This document shows positions 9,823 through 24,823 of a stretch of 64,000 nt of DNA, one piece after another (position 1 is the stretch's first letter; each line of letters begins with the position of its first letter). A program made the position numbers and the translations under genes. The notes under the pieces were generated by a model. That model worked only from the letters and a program-made list of their open reading frames with translations. It did not search any database and was not told where the DNA came from. Origin of the DNA: Octopus vulgaris (lineage: Eukaryota); contig OX597815.1 in assembly GCA_951406725.2 (NCBI GenBank), positions 194,618,001 through 194,682,000 of the forward strand, read 5' to 3'.

Positions 9823-10699
9823 CGTCGATGTCCCGTTATATTTTGCTAAAAGATGTAAGCTTGTAGTATATTGAAAAATAGCATAATTTAAAAAAAATAA
9901 AACTCTTCTATATTGTACATTCGTTATTAGATTTTGCTTCTATTTTATCATAATACCTCTTGATGAAGCATGGCGTTCAGCGGGGGGAAAAAAACACGCG
10001 ACGAAGCTGAAACAATATAAAACCATAAAGATTCAAAAAATTTTTTTTAAATCTTAGTCATTCGTGTAAAAATATGAGAAATATATTTGTATGCAGAGAT
10101 TTGTTGTAAACGGCTTAGAAAAACAAATCAATCTTCTGGTTAATTCTTACAGCGTCTCTCGTGTGTTCTTTCATCTTTTAGTCTGGAGGAGAGCTAGTGC
10201 GTATGACCCGTTACAGGTTTCTGAGATAAGTAGGAAGGAGGGAGGAAGAGATGTCCGTAACCCCGATACGCGGCCTAAAAGCTTGAACAGAATGTATACT
10301 GTTACAGTCAACCGAGATGCCAGATGGTGGTGCTTAACTGAACGGCGGATTGTATCTACCCTTTGAGTAGGCCATGACGAAATTTGAACTCGCCATGTGT
10401 AAGGAGCAGAAAAAAGTATATCACAAATCATTCATTTCAACGTCCCACCACGAAGTGGTACTTTTTATCGTCCCTGAAGAAAGAAGGGCGAAGTTGACTC
10501 GGATAAGATTTGAACTCAAAGCGCCGAAAGCTGGAACAAATACTGCGTTTTGTTCTGCCAACGTCGTTAGGGGGTATCGAACGGAATCGATATCCCTAAC
10601 AACTTTGGCAGTTTTTCAGTCTCCCGATGAAAGTAGTAACGTCAATGCCCTACGAACCAATTAAGAAATGGCATGCAGTACATACATCTGATGATGATG

Positions 10700-10940
10700 T
10701 GCTGTATGCCAGGCTCCTGATGGTCGGTTTCCCGATTTCCATGGCACATATACTTCCCACCTGGACGGGACGCCAGTCCGTCGCAGGATTACTCATTTTT
10801 TTCCAGCTGAGTGGAATGGAACAGCGTGAAATGAAGTGATTTGCTCAACAACAGAACACATCACCCGGTCCAGGAATCGAAACCATAATCTTACGATCAT
10901 GTGTCCAACACCCCTCACCATTAAGCCATGCACCTCCACT
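10700..10940 (-). mobile_element. SINE family C-related, diverged
   Basis: Minus-strand head gtggaggtgcatggcttaatggtgaggggtgttgg...ggtttcgattcctggaccggg; body ttgagcaaatcacttcatttcacgctg. Confidence 0.75.
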
Positions 10941-10974
10941 ACATGCTAGTATATACCATGAGGATATTATTTTT

Positions 10975-11280
10975 CATCTTTTATCTTTTATTTTGTTTCA
11001 GTCATTTGACTGTGGCTATGCTGGGGCACTGCCTTGAAGGGTTTTAATCGAACTAATCGACTCAAGGACTTATTTTTTTAAAGCCTTGTACTACTTATTC
11101 TATTTGTCTCTTTTGCCGAACCGTTAAGTTACAGGGACATAAACACACCAACACCGGTTGTCAAGCGGTGATGAGGATACAAACCCAGACACAAAGACTC
11201 ACACACAGACACAGACACACACACACACACATACACGCACATTAAGTGTTTCTTTCAGTTTCCATCTACCAAATCCAAAT
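10975..11280 (-). mobile_element. SINE family B, 5'-truncated and diverged
   Basis: Reverse complement of the family B body and tail. Confidence 0.8.
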
Positions 11281-13749
11281 ATGTTCGACAGTTCGACGCT
11301 ACAAGATGTTGAACGCATTAAACATTGGGCTTTCTTTTCATTATCACGGTGCTCTGTACTTCAGAGACACGTGATAACTCACCAATTTATTCTCTTGTCC
11401 TGAGCATTCATATATCATTTATACGTAAGTAAATGACTTCAATAAAGGACTGCGTTGCATTAATGGTTCGAAAACCTGATCACTTTAATAGATTAAATTT
11501 TGCGTAGATAGAGTCGATCTAATTATCTCAGTGTCATAATGAAACTGGAAACATTTTGAATAGAAGGCCAAGAGGTAGGAGACAAATTATATCATGAATT
11601 GGACAATCGGCCTGGAAAATTTAACTGGACTAAAAATGTTAAGAATATGAAGCACAATGAATGGAGTCGAAGTAGTTCAGTTGATTCCATTCGTCACCAC
11701 TATACTCCTGTACCACTGCGCCAGTTTTTCAGCTTGTAGTAACTACTCATCGCTTTTATCGCAATAGTAATGGTCATTTGACCTGCTACAGATAACAGTT
11801 AAATATCACTTAAGTTATAATCTAGCAATCTAAAGAAAAGAAAGAGACAGTCAATGCTCTATGCTTAAAAAAAAAAAGAAGAAACAAGATGGCCATGAGT
11901 AGAACAGATTTCCTTGATATGATCTGACTCGGGGAATAAACACCAATAACAATCACCTCGCTTACCACTAAGAAAAGTAAAGTATTAATAAAAAACACAT
12001 TTTGATATGTCGTTCATAAAATGCAACTTCTGAAAGCGAGATTAGAAAAAAGCGAGAATAATAAAGATTACCTTCAATATTTGCACACAATTCGCCCTCA
12101 AACCTCGAATAACATTTCCAAGAAATATATACGAAGAAAAAAAAAATGACTGTTTAAATTGCTTCTAATAAAATTTCTTGCTCTTCTTTATTTGGATATT
12201 TGATTTTCGAAGCACCAACGGCATCAGAATGTTTCTGTTTTGAAGTGACAATAAACTGACATGGACATGGTGTGCTTTAGCCTCAGCTGTTCTTGTTTCT
12301 TTTCAGTCTAACCAAATCACTTTATCGATCGGATAATCCGTTTTCACTTATTATCAAGAATTTATTTCAACACTTTTGTGCTGAATCGGTAAGAATAAAA
12401 AAAAGAGTTGTTGTGAAGTTCTGTACATCTAAATTTTCTGAGCTAAGTAATCATCTTTACAGGAATTTTATTTCTGTACCATTGTATTGTATGTATATTT
12501 ACTAAGCTACAATAGAGACCAAGTAAATTTCTCTATTTGTCAATATCGAAATTAAATCTATTTATCTCCTTCCCTTTCCGTCTGCCCGTCTTGTCTTTTA
12601 TCCCCTCTTTCAAACTGAAGAGAAAATACAAACATTAAAGAACGTGCCTCAGTGCAATCAATTTCTAAACCTCGGGTATAATTCTATTACCAAAATCCAG
12701 ACATTCATGCTTTCTTCACAGCATCGCTGTATAAAGCGATTTTACTGATTTTACTATTCTTTGTCTACGTGGGTTATTAACTCCCGCTCAGGCCAAAGGA
12801 AGATTTTCTGTATTCAAATACTTCACAATATTCTGGAAAGTTAAAGTAAGTATCTATCAATAAGTAGCGGTTAGAAATCCAAATAACTTAAGTGGAACTT
12901 GTACGTATTAATTTAATGATCTTTGCAACTTTTGAAAAATATCCAAAGATCAAATAATTGTAGTACACTCTCGTAGCTTATCTGCATCGACAGTATGTTA
13001 AAATATCGAGTAAAAGTTGAAGTTTGATATCCCATCATTATCCAGACAGAATACTTAACTGTCAACTGGTTGGCTTTGCTAAGCTATAGATAATAATATA
13101 GGTATTTTAAGTAGTTAAACCTCAACACTACGCAGTGACGATATTGTACAATCGATCTGTGTTTACTTAGATGCTGTCCTGTATTTAGAGTTTAAATATT
13201 TTCATTGTGATTTGTCTGGAAAGTGGTGGATACTGCGATGGTTGAGTAGTCAAAGATTCACCATAAGATTGACTCTATGGGGAAGTATGGAGTCCGTTAT
13301 TCTACACGAAACTTAGCTCTACTCAATCGATTCGATGTTGGACTATGGCATAAAGGAGAAACTGCCCGATTATTGCCACCAGTGCCGAATTATATCCGTG
13401 ACAAAGACTGCGACAGATATAATTCGTTGATACATTGCTAAGATTTAAACACAAGAAATAATCTCTGTGTAATTAATTATTATTTTGTGTTAATGTATTT
13501 CTGAATACAAATAAGGTAAATGAACACAACGGGAAGCCATTCAGCCTTAAAGATTTGTAGAAAATCCTCTTGTAATATGGCTTCAAATTCTGGCAAAAAA
13601 CCCAGCAAGTTCAGACTCAGTATTCAAATGGTCCTTGATTTATCGACCTCGGAAGAATTGGGACTCAGAAAGTAGACAGATGAAGTGCCATTTTACTTGC
13701 CCAGTGTGCGCCCTACAGCAACTTGTAATAATTTTTTTTTAATTGTCTA

Positions 13750-13783
13750 AACACACACACACACACACACCGACACACACACC

Positions 13784-13870
<87 letters not shown>
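13750..13870. repeat. (CA)n microsatellite
   Basis: Directly visible. Confidence 0.95.
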
Positions 13871-13873
<3 letters not shown>

Positions 13874-14290
13874 GTACTGTCTGCCTCAGAAGAACTCTGA
13901 ACAGAGCAATGACGAACGACTTTCTCGCTGTTGATATGCCGCTGTTTATTAGCGATGCTTAATATTATAATATTCTCTACGAATTTTATTTGAAGTCCAT
14001 AGTTTTGATGTGAGGGGGATTTGGTGCTTAATTTTAGCTAGTGGAGTAACGACGTAGAGGCCCTCCAGTTAGTTTATTATACATATATGGACCCAAAAGA
14101 TGGCACATAACATTAATAAACACTATTTTCCTGATGGAAAATCCAATGCCATATCCTAGATGAAAACTTATCCTCTCATCGCCTTAAGACTATGAGAAAC
14201 GATATTAAACACCAGGCCTGTGGAATCTTGTGACTCGTGAAACAATTAACTAATATGGTAGTATAATATGTACAATATATATATATATAT

Positions 14291-14356
<66 letters not shown>

Positions 14357-15516
14357 GTATATATATATGCATATATGTATATGCATATATATATATATGT
14401 TTATATATGTATATATGTACGTATATGTATAGTGATATATCTATATCTATATCTATATATATATATGTATATGTATATATATGTATATATGTACGTATAT
14501 GTATAGTGATATATCTATATCTATATCTATATCTATATATATATGTATATGTACATATATATACATATATACGCACACACACATATGTGTATAGATATAT
14601 ACTAATGCGTATGCATGTAAAGGTGCGAAGTTGTGAAGAATAATGTGGTGCGTATATATGTTGCTGTATGTCATATGTACACGTTCGTGTTTGTTATATG
14701 CGTGCGTGAGTGTGTCTGTATGTTCGTGCACGCGTGCAACGCGTGAATGTGTTTGGAACGATAACATCGTGATAAGTGAAACAAAACAAGCGAACTCGCT
14801 TTCAAAGCAAACACATGTGGTTATTGTGTATATATTGATATATTGCATGTGCATCATGTGCGTGTGTGTGTGTGTGTGTCCTCGTTCTTGAATGTTTTAG
14901 CATACATATACATGTGCATATATATATACATATGCACACGTCTATATGTATGTATATGTGTAAGTATATATTTGTTTGTAAATATGTATATGTATATATG
15001 TATATATATGAGTGTATGAAATGTTTCTCGGTGCATTTAGCAGATTACTTTTGCATCAAGCAAGTGCCCAATTAACGCATGGATTTCTCATTTGCGATAG
15101 GTGTGTGTTTGCCCACGCACAATAAGTTTTACTCTATGTTGATGAAGTTTTACTCTATGATGATGGAGTATGTTTGCGAGTGTGTGTGTATGTGTATGTA
15201 TGTGTGTGTGAGCTCATGTATAAGACAGCGAGTGCTTGCTTCTTGTAAGCAATTTTCAAAAAAAAAAAAATCAAAATGAAACAAGGCAAAACAAAAAAAA
15301 TAATACTGTTGCACAGAAACACATAAACAAATATATATATATATATATATACACGTGTTCACACTACTACAAACGTATATATTTGCATGTAATGTATTCA
15401 ACAATATTTACACACACATATATATATATATATATACATGTGTTTCTACGTTCTGCAGATTGCGTAAAAATAACTAATGCTCTATACGTTCTTAAGAGTT
15501 ATCTTCTTCTCTATAG

Positions 15517-15946
<430 letters not shown>

Positions 15947-16525
15947 CGTACATTAATACAAGTATAGATGCATGCTTATAGATTTATATATGTGCGTAGA
16001 TTCAAATTAAACACGCGCATACAGACACACACATTCAAACACTCACACACACACACACACACAATCACACACAGAGTAATTTTAGGTTTTATTCATTTGC
16101 GAGGAAAGAATGCAATTTGAGAAACGTAGAAGTTTTTAAATTCTTACCTTAGCAACAAATCATTTTGTAAATTTCCATGCGTCCCCACAAAAAGAAAATG
16201 AGAAAAATAGAAAAAAAAAACTTAAAATGTAAGACAAAACAAAGAAAAATAAATGTAAAGCTTAATACACACAACAACTAATTATTTTTCACATACGTTT
16301 CGAGCGTAAATTCTAAAGGAAGGGATTAGTTGATTAGATCGTCTCCCGTATTTTGTTCTTTAGTTTATCTACAACAGAAGGATGAAAAGTGAATTCCGTA
16401 CCGCCCCCCCCCAGATGAATATATGTACGCGGCCGTTACGCAATATATCAAACAAACTTGTTTGATGCTCCACCGATTATGACAATACTACAATTCTATG
16501 TGAATGTATATGCATGATATAAAAA

Positions 16526-16754
16526 GGCGGAGAGCTGGCAGAAACGTTAGCACGCCGGGCGAAATGCTTTGCGGTATTTCGTCTGCCGTTACGTTCTGAG
16601 TTCAAATTCCGCCGAGGTCGACTTTGCCTTTCATCCTTTCGGGGTCGATAAATTAAGTACCAGTTACGCACTGGGGTCGATGTAATCGACTTAATCCGTT
16701 TGTCTGTCCTTGTTTGCCCCTCTGTGTTTAGCCCCTTGTGGGTAGTAAAGAAAT
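16526..16754 (+). mobile_element. SINE family A, monomer
   Basis: Full head and core; ends tgtgtttagccccttgtgggtagtaaagaaat. Confidence 0.9.
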
Positions 16755-16768
16755 ATGTATATGTATGA

Positions 16769-16852
<84 letters not shown>

Positions 16853-16898
16853 ATCTATCTATCTATCCATCCATCCATCCGTCATCCATCTATCTATC

Positions 16899-17158
16899 GT
16901 GGTATTTTTCCGTAGGTTAACGTGGTCTTTCCCGTAGGATTTTCTTTCCATGGATAAACCTTATCTGTTTCCCCCTTTTACACTTTATATCATGACATTT
17001 CTGTGATACACGATCCCTATTATCGTTTTTTTCCTTCCTTTTTACGATCCCTTTTGATCGGAAACCTTTTTACGCCCGTCTTTTTCTTTCCAAAAAGAAA
17101 AGCTCTACCTTGTAATTTGTCCCGTCTGTGTTCAGCACTGTGTAGCTAATAAAGAAAC
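16899..17158 (+). mobile_element. Probable LINE 3'UTR fragment inserted in (TATC)n
   Basis: T-rich unique sequence ending ttgtcccgtctgtgttcagcactgtgtagctAATAAAgaaa, flanked by (TATC)n on both sides. Its 3' end is similar to the SINE A tail. Confidence 0.5.
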
Positions 17159-17159
17159 A

Positions 17160-17337
<178 letters not shown>

Positions 17338-18283
17338 CCTATCTATCGAAATCTACCTGTCTGTCTGTATTATCAGTAGTTGAGATCCAGACTAGTTCAA
17401 TATAGAAAACACGTAGAAGTACTCAAATGATTTGAAATGAAATCCAGAAACCTTCAGTGAGGTCTATGTCCGCGGGGTAAAGAGTGACTAAAAGAGAAAT
17501 CCAGGTCAACTGATATGGAGAGTGTGATGCAAATAAACACGCTTGAGTTTGATATATAATATACTTACATAAGATATATACATCGTTTCTCTTATGCAAA
17601 AGTGTCGTAAGTCCAAAACGTTGTTTTTTCAGAAAATAAAAAATAGTTTCACCATTCCATAACAAAACCGTTGTACTACAATTTGACAATTTTTGATATC
17701 TTGGCATCTGAATCAGCTGGAGATACGATAGTTTGACTTAAAAAAACCGGCTATTCCAAGCAAAAAAAAAACGCATTTGGCCAAATTTGGACATACGACA
17801 GTTTAACATAATTATCTACTGCGGAACTCTTTCTGGAATTTGGCGCGCCAGTACTTAGACATTAAAAAATAACCCCAATGTAATCGGTAAAACTATACAC
17901 ACGTCTAATTTTATGAGGGCAACTCGTGTATAGTTCTATAAATTATATTGAATTAGAACGATCGTACTGAAGAGTTCACGGTCGATGATTACGTAAGTAA
18001 ATATCGCTAATGACGAAATCGGTCTACGATTAATTCTATATTTTGTATATTTTCATCTGTCTTACCCGCTTATGTTATGGTGTTTGCTGAATTTCTCTAG
18101 AGAACATTATTTTCTTTGTGGTTTGATGGTAGATGATCTTCTTCTAGCATATTGGACGTCCACTTAGTGGTCATCCCTTATTATTACAATTTTTCTGAAT
18201 TTTCAGATTTTTCTATATACTAGGCTACTGGTTTTAAATTGATGTTAATTAAATTAATATTCAATTTATAGCCCTCATTACTT

Positions 18284-18325
<42 letters not shown>

Positions 18326-18350
18326 AATTATATATATACATATATACAGA

Positions 18351-19589
18351 CACGCAGGAAGTAAATAGACACCTTTAATTTTCAAAATCTTTGATTTAAC
18401 AATTGAAATGCAATCGATAGGTAGGACTAAATACTTCAGTATTTAGTTGACATTCTCTTTGCAGATTTTAATTCAGAAACTCTCTTTGGCATTGAACTGA
18501 TGAGCTTTGTGACTGTCTCTTGTGTAATTTCTGCCCGCTTTTCACGCAACAATAGAAACAATTCATCTTTAGTTTTAGTTTTTCTGTCGAGTTTTTCGTA
18601 TAGCTCTATCTTGTATGCTCCAATTTTCAATAGTGTTCGTGTCAGGAGATTGGCTCGGCCAAGGAAGCTTTTTCAACCTATTTCAGTCAGCCATTGTTGA
18701 TTCCTTTTCGCTTTCGCTGTATAGCATGGAGCCCCATTTTCCATGAATAAAAACTCATTTTTCTTTATGTTATCGTGTGAATACATCAGAAGTACCTTGC
18801 TTAAGTATTTCGATGTATGCTTCAGAGTTTATGGTTCCAACACAGTCGATCAGCTCAGAACGACCATTGCTGGTGACAAATCCCCATATCTTTACAGAGA
18901 TACCGCCATGTTTCACAGTTTGTTAGAATCGTTTCAAATCAACTTCTTGATTGGGAAGTCTCCAGACCCAAACAGGTCCACTGTCTGAAAATAATGCAAA
19001 TCTGGATTCATCTGAGAAAATCACTCTATCCCAAAATGAACTGGATTTTTCTGACATCTTAGCCCATTTCTTTCTTTTCGTGTTATTAATTGGTTGAAGG
19101 AGAGGTTTTCTTCTAGCTGCTCATCCATAGTACCCTGATAATACTAATATATATGCAGATATATAACACACGATCTTGAACTAAATTCTAGCTGTTTTGC
19201 AATGTCAGAAGCCTTCAAACGGGGTTCGTTTTCCACAATTCTCTTCAAACAAAGAAACTTCTTTTCCGTGGGCCCAGGTCAACTGGGACGAGAATCTGTT
19301 GATTCTTTTCCTTGGTTTTTGAATTGCTCTATAATTCTATTAACAGTAGCATGATGAATCTGATGAATCTGAAGAGTTTTGGCAATTTTTTTGCTGGCTA
19401 AGACCAGCCTCAGATTGACCAACTGCTGAATTTTTTGTGCGTGGCATGGTTACTCTTCGCAAAAGTTTAATATAGTGGCATCTGGAATGAGAAAAAAATA
19501 ATTTCATTGAAAATTCTACACAGCTGAAAACATATTAAGACGCTTAGATCAGAAATTTTGAAAATTAAAGGTGCCTATTTACTTCCTGC

Positions 19590-19592
<3 letters not shown>
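18351..19592 (-). mobile_element. Tc1-family DNA transposon, full length, with dead transposase
   Basis: TIRs cacgcaggaagtaaatagacacctttaattttcaaaat and attttgaaaattaaaggtgcctatttacttcctgcatg, in TA-rich flanks. Minus-strand peptides RKPLL, WDRVIFSDESRF, TVKHGG, NGAPCY and LISSMPKRV; multiple stops and frameshifts. Confidence 0.92.
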
Positions 19593-19654
<62 letters not shown>

Positions 19655-19802
19655 ATTAATGAACTCTAATCTGGACATTATAAACACTAGCATAAAGCAG
19701 ATAGTGTCTTCAAATTGAAACTCATATACATACATACAAGTATAAATTCATACACATACATACACAGATTCACATATGTGTACACACACACACACACACA
19801 CA

Positions 19803-19838
<36 letters not shown>

Positions 19839-20354
19839 CATAGAAATCAAATTAACAGACATCAACTCTCTTCCAGAGATTTGATTTCTAGCTTCAACTT
19901 AATTTTCGTAGCTAAAACAAACCAGAAAACGTATAGGGTCGAAAATGCAATAGATAAATAAATAAATACATGAATAAATACATAAATAAGTATGATAAAT
20001 GCAATACAAATGAATAAATAAAATAAAATGCAGCAAACAAATAAATTGATAAAAATATAAACGCAATAGATAAATAAAATAAGAAACAAATATATTTCAA
20101 ATTTATAATGTATTTGTGATAAGGAAGTGTAAACATTACTTAAGTTTAAGATAGAGAGCGGGAGAGAGGAGGAGACAGAGAGAAACAGAGAGATAAGGAG
20201 AGAGTGTGAGAAGGAGAGAGAGAAGTTAGTGAATGAATAGGTGAAATGAATTAGGGTGTATTCTCCACTTGAGATGTCCACTCAGCCCTTAGAATCCGTC
20301 GCTAGTTTTTTTTAAGGATCCTCGAGTTTAATTTATAATAAATATATCCAAGCT

Positions 20355-20845
20355 TCACTGCACTGTCCTGGAATCTTATAAGCAAAGTGTATACATATAG
20401 ACATGTCAGCAAATCTATATTCAAATGGAAATTTTAGTCATATTCTTAATTCAAACAATCTGCTACAGTTGCAGAAATTACATGGACTAATATCCTAGGG
20501 TCGTAAATTTTAGCTTGGATCAGGTGTAGTGGATTGCATCGATCTTCGTGATTGTATCGACTGGTAGTAATTTTATCCACCACAGTTAGGAGAAAAGATA
20601 AAGTCTTCCTGGCCGGGAGTAGAACGCGGAAGCTAAACGACATACCTAAGTCGCATGGAATAATAATTTCTGATTTAAGCAAAAGGCCACCATTTCTGAA
20701 AAGAGTCGGCTTTGCAGATACCATCTACCTAACTAATAATTGATTTAAATTTCACCAGTATTGCATTTATCTTCATACTTTTGTGTAGGTTAAAAAAAAA
20801 TCTATTCGACAGTTCCTTCCTAATTCCTGGGAACTTGACAATATT
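20355..20845 (-). mobile_element. Old LINE (CR1/L2/Jockey-like) RT C-terminal remnant
   Basis: Minus-strand peptide LLKSEIIIPCDLGMSFS...ARKTLSFL resembles the DLG...A...L..L thumb region; very degraded. Confidence 0.35.
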
Positions 20846-20850
20846 ATATA

Positions 20851-21255
20851 AATCGACTGGTCCCCTCCCCCCAAATTTCGGACCTTGTACCTAGAGTAGA
20901 AAAGAATATTATATACCACAGAATCTTTAGCATGCCGGGCAAAATACTTCACCTTTCATCCTTTCGGGGTCGATTAAATAAGTACCAGTTATGCACTGGG
21001 GTCGATATTATCAACTTAATCCGTTTGTCTGTCCTTGTTAGTCCTCTCTATGTTTAGCCCCTTGTGGGCAGTAAAGAAATAGGTATTTCGTCTGTCGCTA
21101 CGTTCTTAGTTCAAATTCCACCGTGGTCAACTTTGCCTTTCATCCTTTTGGGGTCGACGAATTATGTACCAGTTGAGTATATGGGTCGATGTAATCAACT
21201 AACCCATCGCGCCCATATTTCAGGTCTTGTATCTATAATACAAAGGATTATTATT
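20851..21255 (+). mobile_element. SINE family A fragments, rearranged and internally deleted
   Basis: Core cctttcatcctttcggggtcga present twice; both tail types present. Confidence 0.85.
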
Positions 21256-21567
21256 GTTACCAAAATTTCCATTTTTTAAGAGTAATTCACAAGGAAGTTA
21301 ATAATATTAGGGAGTCTGTCAGTCTTAAATTGTCACATTCTGGTCATATCTATTTTTATGTCTTTATATTTCAATGGTAGCTGCCTACGAAACTTGTGAA
21401 AAGTTATTTCTTTTCCCAATCGTATTTGTCAGAAATGTCTCAATCTTTTGTTGTAATAACCTCGTGACAAATGGGATGACCTACATAGTGTGCATTCATC
21501 AATTCCTAAATATACTTTGTATTGTGTGTTTATAGTGTGTTGTAAATCAGATCTCTGTATTGTACCT

Positions 21568-21626
21568 GGTCTTCTCCCTCTCTCTCTCTCTCTGCCTCTT
21601 TGTTTCTGTCAATGTATATATATGTA

Positions 21627-21717
<91 letters not shown>

Positions 21718-21924
21718 ATATCGATCAATCTATCTGCTGTTCATACACACACACACGCATACACACACACTCACACACACACAAGCAAACGCACACTCAA
21801 GCACACACACACTATATATTTGTAGCTCAGAATGGTCTTCTCCATCTCTCTCGCTCTCTCTCTCTCCTGTCTTTCTGTCAATGTATGTACGTATCTATCT
21901 ACCTATCGATCAATCTATCTGCTG

Positions 21925-21973
<49 letters not shown>

Positions 21974-22005
21974 ACACGCGTTATATATCTGTAGCTCAGA
22001 ATGGG
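21568..22005 (+). repeat. Tandem duplication of a composite microsatellite unit (2 copies)
   Basis: Shared anchors tggtcttctcc, tttctgtcaatgtat, atcgatcaatctatctgctgttca and tgtagctcagaatgg. Confidence 0.8.
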
Positions 22006-22428
22006 CCTCAGAAACAACGTGATTGAATGCTTCTTCACAAACACGTACTCAAAGGTTAGTTATTTTCATACAAATACATTCCATCCAAATAAAAATATTT
22101 TAGGAGTTTCCTATGGCAAGCTTTTCATTTCTCTCTCTCTCTCTCTTACTTTCTTTTTTAGTCTTTTGAAGCGATCGAAACATCTTTAGTGTTAGCTTTG
22201 GATTCTCTGCCACTCCGAGAGTTTTACATTATTTTCTACTTCACCTAGTCTTGGCATTTATTGAATATGGAATGGTTCGTCCTGTCAACATCTAAGCATG
22301 GCGATTTCTATTTCCATTTAAATAGAAACTGTTAGCAAAACTACTTACGATTTCATTTTTATTCTCAATGTTTTTGTTTTTCCTGTAACCTATATCTCTA
22401 TTGATATTTTGTAAAACTGTAGCTTATG

Positions 22429-22497
<69 letters not shown>

Positions 22498-22974
22498 AAT
22501 AACTGACTAAGAGAATAGGAAAAAAAATTGCTAAAAATGCAAAAACAAAAAAGTGGAGTTTTTATTATTCGGTTCTATTATAATGATAATTGATGAAAAG
22601 CTTTCAACCCCAAACGTCTGTAGTCAATCAATCAAGCAATAAAAACAAAATAGACATTAACTGAGGCAACTAATTGTTTGATATGCGGGTAAGGTGGAAT
22701 GAATTGCCGCGCGGAATGATAGCAAGAGTGCTCAATGCCACAATAACGTCAAACCAATAAGTGATTGCAAAAACACACATACACACACACACACACACAC
22801 AAAACAAAGGATTGAGAAAAATATGTAAAAGAAAGCATATATTTTGCACATGTTTACACATATTCATAATGCAACACAGTACATCGTTCATAAAATATCA
22901 TTAATGGTACTGACTTTTCACGTCTATGTCTATTGCTATAAGCACACAAATCATGCGCATATCTATCTTTCTAT

Positions 22975-23064
<90 letters not shown>

Positions 23065-23087
23065 ATCTATATGCATCTATCTAGTTA

Positions 23088-23169
<82 letters not shown>

Positions 23170-23223
23170 AGTATCAACCAATCAATCTATGTATGTATGT
23201 ATGTATGTATGTATCTATCTATG

Positions 23224-23308
<85 letters not shown>

Positions 23309-24344
23309 GTCTATCTATCTATCAATCTATCCACCTACATTTCTCTCTCTCTCTCTCTCTCTTTCTCTTTTAAAAGATCATTCCACATTTTCGATGCTGG
23401 TCGTTCAGTTGTTTGAACAAGTCTATTTTCTTTATATTTAATAAACTTCGAGATGTTCAGTATTGCGCAGACACATGTACTGTTTAGATAATGGCATGGA
23501 CAAATGTGCGTAAGACTGTGAAACAAGGATGGCCATTTAATATTAAATGTACAGTTCATTTAATTGGATTTTGGCATTTCAAGAGTCTCCTCCCAGACAA
23601 TTTTCCTGGCAAGACTTCATTGGACAAAGTTTATGTCAAAAAAAAAACAAGAAATACATCGAAAGCGAAACAAAATCTAACCAAGATGTTACACACTGTG
23701 GTCTGTCCTATATATACTCACACACACACACGCACACACATATACACAAGCACACGCGCGCGCACACACACACGCACACACATATACACAAACACACGCA
23801 CACACACACACACACACGCGCGCACACACATATACGCAAGCACACGCACAAACACACACACACACATGCACACACACACGCACACACACATATACACAAA
23901 CACACGCACACACACACACACACGCGCACACACATATGCACAAGTACACATGCACACACACAAATACCACACGCACTCACACAAACACACATATACACAA
24001 ACGCTCACACTGGAACATACACAAACACACTCACACACAAACACATATGCATATAAATACACATATACTCTCACGCACATATACACTATACACGTAAGCT
24101 TTGTGATACATACTCGAATAAACAACAAAAAGAAAGATGAATGAAAATAAAATGAAAATGCCATCTCTGTCATACAGATGGCCACACAGCCACATATGTA
24201 CAATTTTACAAACATATAGACATCTTTTCAATCCGGTACACGCACAGAAAAATAAAACGCTAAATAATTCCATATTAGTAACATATACGAAAATGCCACA
24301 TGTAGGTATACTCTCGCATATTGCTGAACATCAAATGTCTACAC

Positions 24345-24573
24345 TTTTACTCTTTTACTCTTTTACTTGTTTCAATCATTTGACTGCGGCCATGCTGGAG
24401 CACCACCTTTTAGTTGAGCAAATCGACCCAGGGACTTATTCTTTGTAAGCCCAGTACTTATTCTATCGGTCTCTTTTGCCGAACCGCTAAGTGACGGGGA
24501 CGTAAACACACCAGCATCGGTTGTCAAGCAATGCTAGGGGGACAAACACAGACACACAAACATATACACACAC

Positions 24574-24657
<84 letters not shown>

Positions 24658-24823
24658 AGACGACAGGCTTCTTTCAGTTTCCGTCTACCAAATCCACTCA
24701 CAAGGCTTTGGTCGGCCCGAGGCTATAGCAGAAGACACTTGCCCAAGATGCTACACAGTGGGACTGAACCCGGAACCATGTGGTTGGTTAGCAAGCTACT
24801 TACCACACAGCCACTCCTGCGCC
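24345..24823 (-). mobile_element. SINE family B, full length
   Basis: Reverse complement from aggcgcaggagtggct to the (AAAAGAGT)n tail. Confidence 0.92.

Noticed and set aside
10622-10662. HHR-like ccgatgaa-agtag...ctac-gaac
   Set aside because: Two core mismatches, no stem I and no second copy in the window.
17835-17940. E2F-like TTTGGCGCGCC and a 10-bp inverted repeat aactatacac/gtgtatagtt
   Set aside because: Isolated motifs; no partner terminus or downstream gene could be identified.
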